A DNA stretch of 64,000 nt from Gracilinanus agilis (taxonomy: Eukaryota): positions 189,743,892 to 189,807,891 of the forward strand of contig NC_058133.1 in NCBI RefSeq assembly GCF_016433145.1, read 5' to 3'. Shown here one piece after another: positions 16,454-56,342 of the stretch. The translations under genes and the position numbers were made by a program. The notes under the pieces were generated by a model. That model saw only the letters and a list, made by a program, of their open reading frames with translations. It made no database searches and was not told the DNA's origin. Position 1 is the stretch's first letter. Each line of letters opens with the position of its first letter.

Positions 16454-19400
16454 GTGGGTTTCTCTAAAGGAGATGGCAATAGTGCCCAGCTTCAGTCATA
16501 GTGTTAGGGTAATGATGATTATCTAGAGCTTTAAGATTTGTGAAGCATTTTTTACCTATGTTATCATTTGACCCCCAACATCCCTGGGGGCTAGGTACTA
16601 TTTTCTAGGTACCCCATTTTACAGTTAATAGCTAATAATAAAAGATAACAGTTCTAGAGCACTTACTATGTGCCAGGAACTGTGCTAAGTGATTTACAAA
16701 TATTTCATTTGATCCTCCCAACCAACCACCCTGGGAGGTAGGTGCTATTATTATTCCCATTTAACAGATAATAGTTAATGTTTCTTTAAAAAAAACTCTT
16801 ACCTTCTATCTTAAAATTAATATTAAGTATTGTTCCAAGGCAGAGGGACAGCTAGGCAATGGGGGTTAAGTGACTTGCCCAAAGTCACACAGCTGGAAAG
16901 TGTCTGATGCCAGGACTTTCTATCTCCAGGACTGGCTCTTAATCCACTGAGCTACATAGCTGCCCCTATGGTGAACATTTCTATAGTGTTTGCCATGTGC
17001 TAAGTGCTTTATAATTATCATTTCATTTGATCCTCAAAGCAACCCTGAGAGATGGGTGCTATTATTGTCCCCATTTTAGGGCCAGAAAAACTGAGGCAAA
17101 TAGAGGTTAAATGGCTTGCCCAGAGTCACACCGCTAGAGATGCCTGAGGCAGGAATCAAACTTGAGTCTGACTCTGAGCCCATACTCTCTTGGTACCTTC
17201 TAGTTGCCTTCCACGATAGTGGAAAGAGGGCTGGGTTTGAATTTTCAGGACCTGAGTTAGAAACCTGCCTCTACCCCTTACTGACTATGTGATCTTGGGT
17301 AAATCATTTAACCTTTTGGACCTTTGTGTTGTCACCTGAAAAAAGAGGGGTTTGGACTAAGGTCCTTTCCATCTTGAAATGGATAATCCTATGAATAGAA
17401 TATATATACTTCCTCCCCCTCCAGAGTCCATCGGCTAGCAAAAACCATATATGAAAACCTCTGGACCCAGAAATCCCCACAGTGTGGCCTTGGAATGAGA
17501 CCCCCCCACAAGAGGACCTCTGCCCAGCTAATGAACTCCATAAAGAGACCCCAGGCTGCAGATCACCATCCCCTCTTCTAGGCTAGTCACCCCTCTTGGT
17601 CCTTCCAAGCCAGCTTCCTAAGATTTTTGCTCTGATGCTCCCCTCCCACAGAGTCTCCCTTATCTCTCCCCCCCAAAAAAGAGATGATTCTAACCAGAGT
17701 ATTTCTTTGGGGGGCTGGGTATCTCTGCCAGTCACAGACTTGAACAGTTTCCGGAACCAGTTCCCTCTGGTTTGGCCCCGCCTGGACACCCACATCGAGA
17801 CAGGGGAGCCAGAGGAGGGCTTGGCAGTGCTCCAGAATCCTCAGGCCAGCTCTGCATCCTGGGATTCTTCCTTCCAGGTAGCTAGAGGAAGTGGAAGAGG
17901 TGCTTCCAGAGGGGGAGATGAGGAGGGTTAGAGGGACCCCCTTCCCCAACTGAGCTACATGCCTTGAAGCTCACACCCTGTGAGTGGTGGGAAGATTAGC
18001 TGGGCATTCTGGGCACTATGCTTGGCAGGGGAAGACGTGCTTCAGGCTTGGGACTGGAGTGGGAGAAGTCAGGTTGATGATTCCCCAACTATACTTGTCT
18101 CTCTTTCCAGGTCACATTGCTGAGTTTCAATTCCCTGAAACAGTTATATCCAGGGGCACTCGCCCCGGGAGGCACTGCCCGTTTGACCCTCTCTTCCCCC
18201 TGGCCTAGCTCCCTCCCCTGGCCCCTGAAGCCCCTGACCTGGGCTTGTCCACCTGGGACAGGAGCAGGGGACCTTCGGACACTGCTTCTGGCAGCTCTTG
18301 GAAGCAGGAGGCTGCAGGTGCTGGAGGCTGGGACGGCAACCGAGTTGCTGGATGTCTTCTCCTGCCTTGGGGCAGATTGGAAGGAGCTGGTGGAGGCAGT
18401 GTCTGCTGGCATGCCTGGCTTCTTGCCCCCTTCCCCTACCCGGGCAGCAGAGCTGAAAACCGAACTGGAGCAGGGACCCCAGGGATTGGCTCGAAGGCTC
18501 TGGCCCCAGCTGCAGGTGGTGGTGATGAAGGACGCAGGGGGGCAAGACGTGGCCAAGGCTGCCTTGGGAGCCACCTGGTGCCAAGGGTTGCCTTTCTTCT
18601 CACCTGCTTATGTAGCTGCTGGAGGTCAGGGGGGTTGGGAGAGCTCTGGAGTGGGCCTAGGAGAGAGATCAGTGGTCAGCAATGGGCAAGAGACACCCTG
18701 AATTGGAGTGAGGGAGTCATGGTTTAGTCAGGCTGGAGCAGGCAATAGGAGGAAAAGATTTGATCCTGGTAGAAAGAACAAGCAAAAAGGCCAGAGATGG
18801 AATAGGGAGGGTCAGAGGTTACCAGCAGGGAAGGGCAATGGCCCATAAGGTAACGGGTTGGGCCCCATCCTTCCCCTTTGGGTGGGTGGGAGAGGAGAGA
18901 CTACTCCAGAGAACCTCTCCTTGATGGTCTGATCTGGACCTGCCTTTCCATACAGTTTCCATTAAGCCACTTTGGGGAAGCTACGGGAAGGATCTGAAGC
19001 TCCAAGCTCACCTGTTTGTTCTGTACTCCACCCTTCTTCCTACCCTCAGGTGTGATTGGATTGAACCTAGGCCTGAAGCAGCTAAACCCAGGATACCTTT
19101 TACTCCCAGGACCTCCCTTCGTGGAACTGCTCCCAGCCTGGGAAAAGGTCCAAGAGGAGGGCCCTGCCACCCTCCTACTAGGGGAGGCCCTGCAAGGGAA
19201 AGAATACGAGCTGGTGCTGACCAATGATGCCAGCCTCACCAGGTGATGGCCCTCTCCCTCACCCTCTGCCTCACCTCTACCCCTCTAGGCACTGACCTGG
19301 CAAGATGAAAGTGGGAGGAGGACTAAGCCAAGGGATTCCTGATAAAGCAGGGGAGGATCAGGAGGCTGGGAGCTGAACTGATTGCTCCTTGTCTTCCTTA

Positions 19401-21215
19401 CTTTACTTATCCCTTTCTTATTACCACTTACTCCCCTCTCTTTGCCATGCATAGGTGCCCCCTGGGGGATGTGGTTCAAGTCATTGGTTTCTACAATCAG
19501 TGTCCTGTAGTCAGATTTGTCAGAAGGTGAGTGACCCACTGAGGGAAATGCCAAGAGGATTTTTCTAGGGGATTATGGGAAAGACTTATACTGAGATATT
19601 CTGGACCAAGAGAGCCCATAGAGCAGTGGTTCCCAAACTTTTTTGGCCTGCCGCCCCCTTTCCAGAAAAAATATTACTTAGCCCCCTGGAAATTATTTTT
19701 TTCAATTTTAATAGCAATTAATAGGAAAGATAAATGCACCTGTGGCCATCACTGCCCCCCAGGATTGCTGCAGCACTCATCAGGGGGCGGTGGCACCCAC
19801 TTTGGGAATCACTGCCATAGACAAACCCTTGGACCCAAAGGTTCCCCTGCTGGGAGATCTGGGAGAGATCCTGCAGGGCTTTTGCACCAGAGAGACTCCA
19901 TGGAACATCCTCCCAATTCCAAACCCTGACTTCCTTTTAACCAGCCCCCCCCAAATCTTCTTCTCCCTAAAACTTCTGGGAGGCCCTAGAGTTCTTGCCT
20001 TCTTTGTCAGTCCCTTATCACTTTCTCCCTGAGGTTAGGGGAGAGAGCATCCCTGGATGCCCCTCTCTTTGGGAAATGGGTTTGACCTTGTTTCCTCCCT
20101 ACACTCCTCCCCTCCTAGATTGGGTCAGTCCCTCAATGTCCGAGGCGAGGGCATCTCTGAAGATGTGTTCTCTGAGGTGCTGCTACGTGCTGTGGGCCTG
20201 TGGCCCGGGGCCAAGCTGCTGGATTACTGCTGTGCAGAGAGTGGCATTCTGGGTAAGACATTCTCCTACCTCCCTCTCCTAGGGCCCTGCTCTCCTGTTC
20301 CCTACCTTTAAGTAAGAGGTGCACCTTTAGTAGCACCCCACCCTCATTTCCCACTACCCATCGTCCAATGCTGAGATCTCCCAGGCAGATGGCAGCTCCT
20401 CCTCTCTTGAGACAAACTCTCTCTGAAGTCTAATCTTCATCCCCTTCTGGAGTGTTATTTCTCTTCCTTTTTCCTCCTCTTATGAAAGAGTAATTTTCTA
20501 TTCTCCACTTACATGCCCAAATGTGCCCCTGCCCTCCCCACAAAAACCTGTCACTTTTTCCCACATACCTCAAGATGGGACCCAAGGGGAGGTAAGAACC
20601 TCCCCAGGGATCCCTCCAGTAAAGAGTGGAAGCTTTCTACAGGCTCCTCCTCTGATGGCTCAGCTCCCCACTACGAAGTGTTTGTAGAACTGAAAGGGGT
20701 TAGGGGCTTGTCTGAGGACCATCGACACAAGGTAAGGGGGTGAGGAGAAGGGATTTGTGGTTTCTCCTACCCCAGGCCCTTGGGTTCACCTGGGATTGGG
20801 AGAGAGGGAGGAACAAATCCAGGGAGGAAAACAAGGAAAACTCTGAAGAAAGGGTGGTGAGAGACTCCAAGGTTCCTTCTAGCTGTGAAAAGCCCATGCT
20901 CTATATTGCCCAACCACTCCAGTCCTACACCCCATAAGCATACATTTGACCTAACTAAATCTTGTCTATCCTTTTTGTTCCCAGCTTGATCACTGCCTCC
21001 AGGAAGCCTCTCCCATCTACAAGTCTCTCCGTTTTCGAGGCAGTATTGGACCTGCCCAAGTCCACTTGGTGGGCCAAGGGGGTTTTAGTGCCCTCCGGGC
21101 TCTCCTTTCCTCCTCTCCCTCATTGATGCCCTTTTCCTCCTTTCCCCCAGAGATGCCCAGGATCCTGAGACATAGAAAACTGATCCAATTTCTGCTGAGG
21201 AAGGTGGTGTCTTGA
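16210..21215 (+). CDS. GHDC: GH3 domain-containing protein; join(16210..16453,17738..17877,18111..18624,19050..19242,19455..19526,20119..20252,20643..20731,20985..21215), ~538 aa
   Basis: Poly-Leu signal peptide, then motifs matching mammalian GHDC: DLNSFRNQFPL, LEAGTATELLDVF, LWPQLQVVV, WCQGLPFFSPAY, KEYELVLT, LGDVVQVIGFYNQCPVVRF, APHYEVFV, LDHCLQEASPIYKSLRF, MPRILRHR...VVS*. Frame is continuous (1617 nt) and the gene is syntenic between STAT5B and HCRT. Confidence 0.95.
16520..17400. mobile_element. MIR/SINE cluster in first GHDC coding intron
   Basis: MIR cores (ccccattttacag, gtgacttgccc) and SINE1-like copy 16790-16967 (-). Confidence 0.7.
17738..17877 (+). CDS. GHDC: GHDC coding exon 2 (alternative in-frame start 17732)
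   Basis: cacag|ACTTGAAC...TTCCAG|gtagct; DLNSFRNQFPL. Confidence 0.85.
18111..18624 (+). CDS. GHDC: GHDC coding exon 3
   Basis: tttccag|GTCACA...GGAG|gtcagg; ORF 18117-18701. Confidence 0.93.
19050..19242 (+). CDS. GHDC: GHDC coding exon 4
   Basis: cctcag|GTGTG...ACCAG|gtgatg; GVIGLNL...KEYELVLTNDASLTR. Confidence 0.93.
19455..19526 (+). CDS. GHDC: GHDC coding exon 5
   Basis: gcatag|GTGCCCC...AGAAG|gtgagt; CPLGDVVQVIGFYNQCPVVRFVR. Confidence 0.93.
19624..19814. mobile_element. hAT (Charlie-like) MITE, family A copy 1
   Basis: TIRs CAGTGGTTCCCAAA / TTTGGGAATCACTG; 8-bp TSD CCATAGAG/CCATAGAC. Confidence 0.9.
20119..20252 (+). CDS. GHDC: GHDC coding exon 6
   Basis: tcctag|ATTGGG...CTGG|gtaaga; LGQSLNVRGEGISEDVFSE. 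Confidence 0.93.
20643..20731 (+). CDS. GHDC: GHDC coding exon 7
   Basis: ctacag|GCTCC...CACAAG|gtaagg; GSAPHYEVFVELKG. Confidence 0.9.
20985..21215 (+). CDS. GHDC: GHDC last coding exon
   Basis: tcccag|CTTGAT...TCTTGA; LDHCLQEASPIYKSLRF...KVVS*. Confidence 0.93.
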   Translation, partial: LDHCLQEASPIYKSLRFRGSIGPAQVHLVGQGGFSALRALLSSSPSLMPFSSFPPEMPRILRHRKLIQFLLRKVVS

Positions 21216-22264
21216 GTGTCTTCAGTTCCCCACCTCCATCACAGAGTGCCTCTCTCTCCTATGTCTCTGTGGAAACCCATAAGTCCAGGGGGCTCTCTGA
21301 GTCTAGAGATTATCCTCGTTTCTTAATGCTCTCTTGGAGTGGGAAGAAAATCTCACTTGGGAACCCTTTGGGCCAGTTTTCCTGTTTTCTACTCAGGCTA
21401 AATTATGCTAATTTTAGTGGCTGGGCAGTGAAAAACTGGTAGTGGAGGGAGGCAAAATTACTGGAGGAGTGGGCACCAGGAGGGAAGGAACATAATTCTT
21501 CTTCTTTCCCCCTATAGAATAGGTATGGGTATGGGCAAGAGTCTTGTCCTTTCTGTTCTCATTCATAAACACTGATTTGATATTTAAACATAGAGACTAG
21601 GAGAGGTAGAGATACTAAGCCTGTGATTTCAACAATAATAATATCCTCCTGGATGAGGAAACTATCCATACAGGTCAGCACCTTCTCTGCATCTAGGAGA
21701 GCCCTGGCTAGGTTAGGACTTGCCCAGGGTCACATGGCCAATATGTATTTAGGCAGAACTTGAACTCAGATCTTCCTGAATCCAAGACCTACTGTATTAT
21801 GCCACACTGTTTAGCCATCTGTAACAGATATGGCATAAAATCAGAGATTAGGGAGAGGGATGGTGAGGCATTTCCCCTTAGAATGCGTCTAACAAGCAAG
21901 GGGCCTCTAAGCTAGAAAGGCACCACTCTTTCTTCCCCATCCTTCACCTTCATTCCCTTTACCACAGTTTGGTAGCAGCCCCCTTCTTGGCTAGCCAGTC
22001 CCCATTTCCCCAGAGACTATTCCTATACTGGCCAGATAAGGGGTATCTTGTTGGAATTGGGAGAAAGGGCTGTCAGGGATGGTATATCTGGGCCCTGCTG
22101 CAAATGCAAAGTTCTCTAGAATGTCAGAATTAGAAGAAAACATCCACACTAATGCTCCCATTTTAGAGAAGAAACAGACCCAGAGAGGTTAAGTGATTTG
22201 CCAAAGGTCACACAGCTAGTTTGTGGACTAGCCAAGAGCAAAACTCTGTTCTCCATTCTGCCAA

Positions 22265-22469
22265 TGCATTCTTTTTTTTTAATATAATATTTTCCCTATT
22301 ACACATAATAGTTTTTCACATTTCTTCAAAATTTGGAGTTCTAATTTCTCTCCCTCCTTCCCCTTCCCTGGGATGGTAAGCAACTTGATCTAGGTTATAT
22401 GTATGTGATCATGCAAAATATATCTTCACACTGGTCATGCTGTGGAAGAAGACTCATATAAAACAACCA

Positions 22470-22514
<45 letters not shown>

Positions 22515-22680
22515 AAAGTGAAACGAGATGCTTTGGTCTGCCTTCAGACTCCATCAGTTCTTTCTCTAGAGGTGAATAATATTTCTCATGAGTCGTTTGG
22601 TATTGTCTTAGATCATAGAAACACATAATTCTTTCTTTCCGTTCCACTATATTGTTATTCCTTGGTATTAGGGTAGAAAT
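22265..22680 (-). mobile_element. L1 3' UTR fragment containing (CA)n
   Basis: T-tail and marsupial L1 3' motifs (ttcagactccatcagttctttctct). Confidence 0.65.
22468..22512. repeat. (CA)n microsatellite
   Basis: Direct observation. Confidence 0.95.
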
Positions 22681-23079
22681 GGCAAGGTGGAGCATGGGGG
22701 TCAGTAATTCTCAAAAGTCATAGGAAACCTAACCAGTCCTCGAGCCTAGGGACAGGAAACAGTTGCTTATGCCTTCACAGAAATCTGTGTCACAATAAAC
22801 TTGTGTAGACCTATATGTATGATGGCTCTCTGTCTCAGGGGTGGGTTGGAAGGGTAAAAGAGATATTTCTGAAACTAGGGGAAGAAGTGAGCTGAAAAAA
22901 GGGAAGATGGGAGTAGATAAAAAGCATTTTTTTCCCTGAGAACTAAAGCTTTGGAGTCTTGGAGAGACAAAGAGATGAGAATAAAGAATTGCTAAGAATT
23001 CACTCTCTGCCCTCACCACTCACGGTTTATGCATCATGTCCAGGACAAGATACAGTACCTGCCCCCCCCTCCCATTTTC

Positions 23080-23420
23080 ATCCTCTCCTCTAATTAGGCT
23101 AATGACCCTCATTTTCCTTCAGCCTCAGTCTCATTGTCCCTAGCCAAGGCTGGAGCTGCTTTTGTGTTCTTAGATTCCTGGGCCTGCAATTGCCTTATTA
23201 ATGCCCAGCTACTGGTGTCATCTCCAAGGAGCTGTCTGTCTTCCTTAGGGGAAAGTCAGGGGCTACATCACCCAGACGCCATCATCTCATTAATTCTTAC
23301 AGCCCCAACCTAGAGACAAGCCCCCCTTCAGGGTGGTATTCTTAGTTCTGGCTTTGTCTGATCAGGGGATGTGCGTAGATGCCCATCCCTCCCCCCTACA
23401 AGCCATGGTCACTATAAGCC
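23080..23420 (+). promoter_or_regulatory. HCRT proximal promoter/enhancer (OE1-like) with TATA box at 23413-23417
   Basis: Repeat-free block with four TAAT cores and an EBF-like TCCTTAGGGG; CACTATAAGC lies ~120 bp upstream of the ATG. Confidence 0.6.
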
Positions 23421-23535
23421 TCCGAGGGAGAGCTTCCCAGTCACTGCTGCCCAGCATCTACAGGGCACTCTGCAGCCTTTGACTGGACAGCTTGATATGC
23501 TCCTGGCTGTCCCTCGCTCCAGAACTCCTGGCACC

Positions 23536-24808
23536 ATGGATCCAACTGCTTCAAAGGTAAAGGCCTCAGGGAGAAGAAGGGCAATAGGATTTATGGGTAT
23601 GGGAAATGGCCCTTCAGGCTGCAGGCATTTTTGTCAGCTCACTTGGGGCTGGAGAGCCTCATCTAATCCTATTGAGGGCTTAGAGGTCCCCAGTTCAGGT
23701 CCATGGTTCAGACCCTGGTTGTGGGCCATGAGTTAAGCAGCTGGAAAGTGAGGAGTGGAGTCCTTAGTCCTAGGTCTCTGAGCAGCAGCTCTGATCCCAC
23801 AGGAGAGGCAGTACACACGAAAAGGACTCATCCTGGGGGTCTTGACTTTCTCTGGTTTGTTTTTAACTTGAAATACTCTTCGTGTGCCTGTATTCTTGTG
23901 AGAGAGGGAAAGACAGACCAGATGGAGAAGAACAAAGAATAATAAGGCGGAGAACTTTCTGCCTCATAGGAAAGATCAATAGATTTATTTGAAATGAACA
24001 TTGGGATGGAAAGCAGATGGGAGCCATGGCCCTTTTATAATGAGTTCATAGGAATAGTGGAATCCTCTCAACCCCATTCCAATGGATAGGCCCAATTTAT
24101 TTCCCTCCTCTCCCACTCCTTTGCCTTTCTCTCTCTCTTTTTTTTAGCTAGAGTGGAGGTGCTAAGCCCTCCCAAGGGTGGGAGGAAGTTTGATCCACAT
24201 CCTTGGTCCCCCAGGATAGCACAGAAAGTCAAGCTTAAGAGAGTCCATCTTCTACAAACTCCTGCCTTTATTGGGATTGAAATTTCTGGGTGACAATTTC
24301 CTGTGGATGGGAGATGTCAAAGTACTGGCTTGGTGACAGGTGCAGGGTGAGGGGAGGTCTGCCCGGTCTGCCCAGTGTGCCCACCTTTTCCTTCACCCTC
24401 GCCACATAGGCTCCTTGGGCCACCGTGACGCTGCTGCTCCTGCTGCTGGTGCTCCCGGCTTTGCTACCTGCCCAGGCAACCGCCCAGCCCATGCCCAACT
24501 GCTGTCGACAGAAGACTTGCTCCTGTCGTCTCTACGATCTGCTACACGGAGCTGGCAACCACGCAGCGGGCATCCTTACCCTGGGGAAACGGAGGGCGGG
24601 TCTATCTGGGCTACAGGGACGACTCCAGAGGCTTCTGCAAGCCAGCGGCAACCACGCCGCAGGCATCCTCACAGTGGGGCGCCGTGCTGGCGCAAGTGGA
24701 GAGCCTCTTCCCAGTCCCTCAGGAGCCCCGGGCTTCAGCAGCTGCTCCCGGGTCTCCGGCACTCTGTCCTGCTCCGGGCACCTGTGTACTGACAGCCCCG
24801 CATCCTAA
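23536..24808 (+). CDS. HCRT: Prepro-orexin (hypocretin), join(23536..23556,24410..24808), 139 aa
   Basis: Exon 1 MDPTASK|gtaaag; exon 2 acatag|GCTCCTTGG gives the signal peptide, orexin-[37 protein letters not shown] (24485-24583) and orexin-[32 protein letters not shown] (24593-24676). Confidence 0.99.
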
Positions 24809-25086
24809 GACCCTGTCCAGAGCTGGCAGGGGGCAAGAGCCTCAGAGGCGACTGTCTACCAATAGCCACTCCCCCAGCAGTTGGGGTTCACAGCCCTGGG
24901 GCACCACCAGACTCCCAAGACTCTGGCTGCTTAGAGGCTCAATCGTTGGGGCAGAGTTGGGAACTTCCTAATTTCTATATATTCGGGATGGTCCCAGATG
25001 AGGGTGAAAGGGGTAGAAGAGAGACAATCGGGTTTCTCCCCACCTCCTTTCAGCCCAGTCTGTGCCCCACCCCCTAGTACTGGGGG

Positions 25087-25092
25087 AATAAA
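25087..25092 (+). terminator. HCRT polyadenylation signal
   Basis: First AATAAA after the stop (~280 nt), followed by GT/T-rich sequence. Confidence 0.7.
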
Positions 25093-27329
25093 GATGATTC
25101 ACGATGAATGTGTCCTTTTTCTGTTCCTGCCCTCGCTCCTTTCCTCTCCCTCGCGGCAGACTTTTTTTTTGGCTGGGGGAGGGGGCTTTGAGACAAGGTC
25201 TGAAAATGACACCCTCTATATGCCACAGTCACCTCAGTCTTGGAGATTTCTCTGGAGCACAAAGGATGTAGGGAGGACGGGATTTGCTGGGGTTGAAGCG
25301 ATTGAAGAGGCAGCCCCATAGAGTGGAAAGGATATTCTGGGTTCAGATTTAGGAGGATGTGATTTCCACTTAATTCCTTAAGTCCCACTTTCCTCATCCC
25401 TTAAATAAACTGGATGGGCTCTGAAATCCCCTCCAGTTGTAGATCATAACTGGTGTACAATTTTTAAAAGTAGTTTTTAAAAGCATCTCTTCTACTCTGT
25501 TCTGAAGTTCTTCCTACTCCAGCCTCAGTCACCTTTGGTGCATCCGAAGAACAGCTAATCTGGGCTGTATCTCATACCTTATCCTTACCACCCACCATTT
25601 TGGAATCCTCAACGCCTGAGGATGAGGAAAGGGTGAAAGGCCTGAGGAACCAAACTCAAGGGACTTAAGTCTCTCTTTTGTCCACATCCAGCCAGCTAGC
25701 CAGAGATCGAAGAACTGAACAGAAAAATATTCTTTTAGTTAAAAAAAAAAAAAAAAACCCAGACATCAAGCAACCGAGAAAATGGCTCCTATTACACCTT
25801 GTCCCATCTGACTGGCCAGTTCCCCTGTAGCAGGGAAGGGGGGTGGGGTGGGGAGAATAAGCTTAGAGCTCCCTTTCTTCCTATCTCAGTTTCCTCCTTC
25901 ACTGTCAGGAAGTCCTTTCTGCTATTCTATCTGCATATTTTTCTGGTATAGTCTCAGCTCCCTTGCCTCTGCTGTTCTGCCCTAAAATATCCTTCCTGGG
26001 TACTTGTTAGAGACTTACAATACAGATGACTGCCCCAGGGTATCAGCCTCTAAGTTTCTCTCTTCTCCAGCCTCTCTTTCTTTTCTGGATAGATATATGT
26101 GTGGGAGAGGGGCAGATGTCAAAGTAAGAAAACGTTAAGATTATTTTCAGAAACATAAGCTGAACCTCCCTCTCTTCTTTTCTGAGGACCAAGGAGGTGG
26201 AACACGGCATATACTGTAGGATCTGACTGATGTGGTTACTTTTCCTTACTATTTGTGGGGAGATTGCTTTTCTTCCTTTTAAGAAGTTCTTTGTTATAGG
26301 AAAGGATCTTGGGGGTAGGGGTGTAATAAAAGTGATGCAAAAATGAAAGATACCAATTTAAAAAAATACAGTCAGAGAGTGGGCAATCTTCCTCCTTCAA
26401 TAAATGGTGGCTATAGCTTCTTCTATACAGAATTGGGAGAGTCATTGCCACAAAGGCAGTGGAGTGGAAGTAGGCCTACCCTCCTATACTGAGCTCATAT
26501 GTGACCAAGGGCAAGTTGCTTGGTCTTTCTCCCCACCTGGAAACTCAGGCTAACTCTTACCTCACAGTGTTATTGGGAAGATCCAAAGGAGATCATGCTT
26601 TGCAAAGTCAAATCGAGACTATTTTTAAAGGATTTCTTATTTAGTCCTCTTCTGAACCTCTAGTGTGGAAATTCCAAATGTCAAAACAGATTGAAAACCA
26701 CCTCTGACTTAGTAGAGGAGCTCTAGGGAATTGTCTGGTAAATGATTAGCCCAAGGTCACTTAGCTAAGGTACTATGTAAAGGGATAACTTAAAGCAGGT
26801 ATTCCTGATACCAAACTATCCTCTATGCTTCATTGCCTCTGGAACATATAACCGTGGGCTATTATAAGTTCATAAATTCAGAGCTCAAAGGGACTTAAGA
26901 GTCCAACGAGTCATTTCACGGAAGAGGAGAAAGAAGTCGAGGGAAGTTAACTTGCATGAGGTCACACAGGCAGGGCGCTCTGCTCCTTCTATTCTCCACA
27001 CCCCCCCCACGCAGTCTCTTGAACTCATTAAAAGCTAATTTTTTTTCCGGGGGGACGGGGGAATAAAGGAAAGGCCCAATAGGGGGCTCCTGGGTTCCAG
27101 TATGCCGCACAGAACTCCAAGTATCTGGTCCCGCGTGGGCGAAGCGAGGGGGAAGCCCAAAGGAGGAGCCAGGAGTGGGAAGCTCAGGAGCATCCATGGA
27201 GGTGGGGCCACGGAGCAGAAGCCGGGTCACACCTGGGACCAAGAGCTCTCTAGAACGAAGAAGGCAGGTTAGGAGGCGGGGCCACATGGAAGGAGGGATG
27301 TTCTCTCAGTGCTAGCCTCTCCTCATCCC

Positions 27330-56342
<29,013 letters not shown>

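Noticed and set aside
16110-16526. 138-aa ORF overlapping GHDC
   Set aside because: Alternative frame of a GC-rich CTG repeat exon with a TTG start and no homology I recognise.
18089-18727. Long antisense and alternative-frame ORFs over GHDC exon 3
   Set aside because: Shadow ORFs of a GC-rich coding exon.
24340-24971. Extra ORFs overlapping HCRT exon 2
   Set aside because: Shadow frames with non-ATG starts; only the orexin frame is supported.
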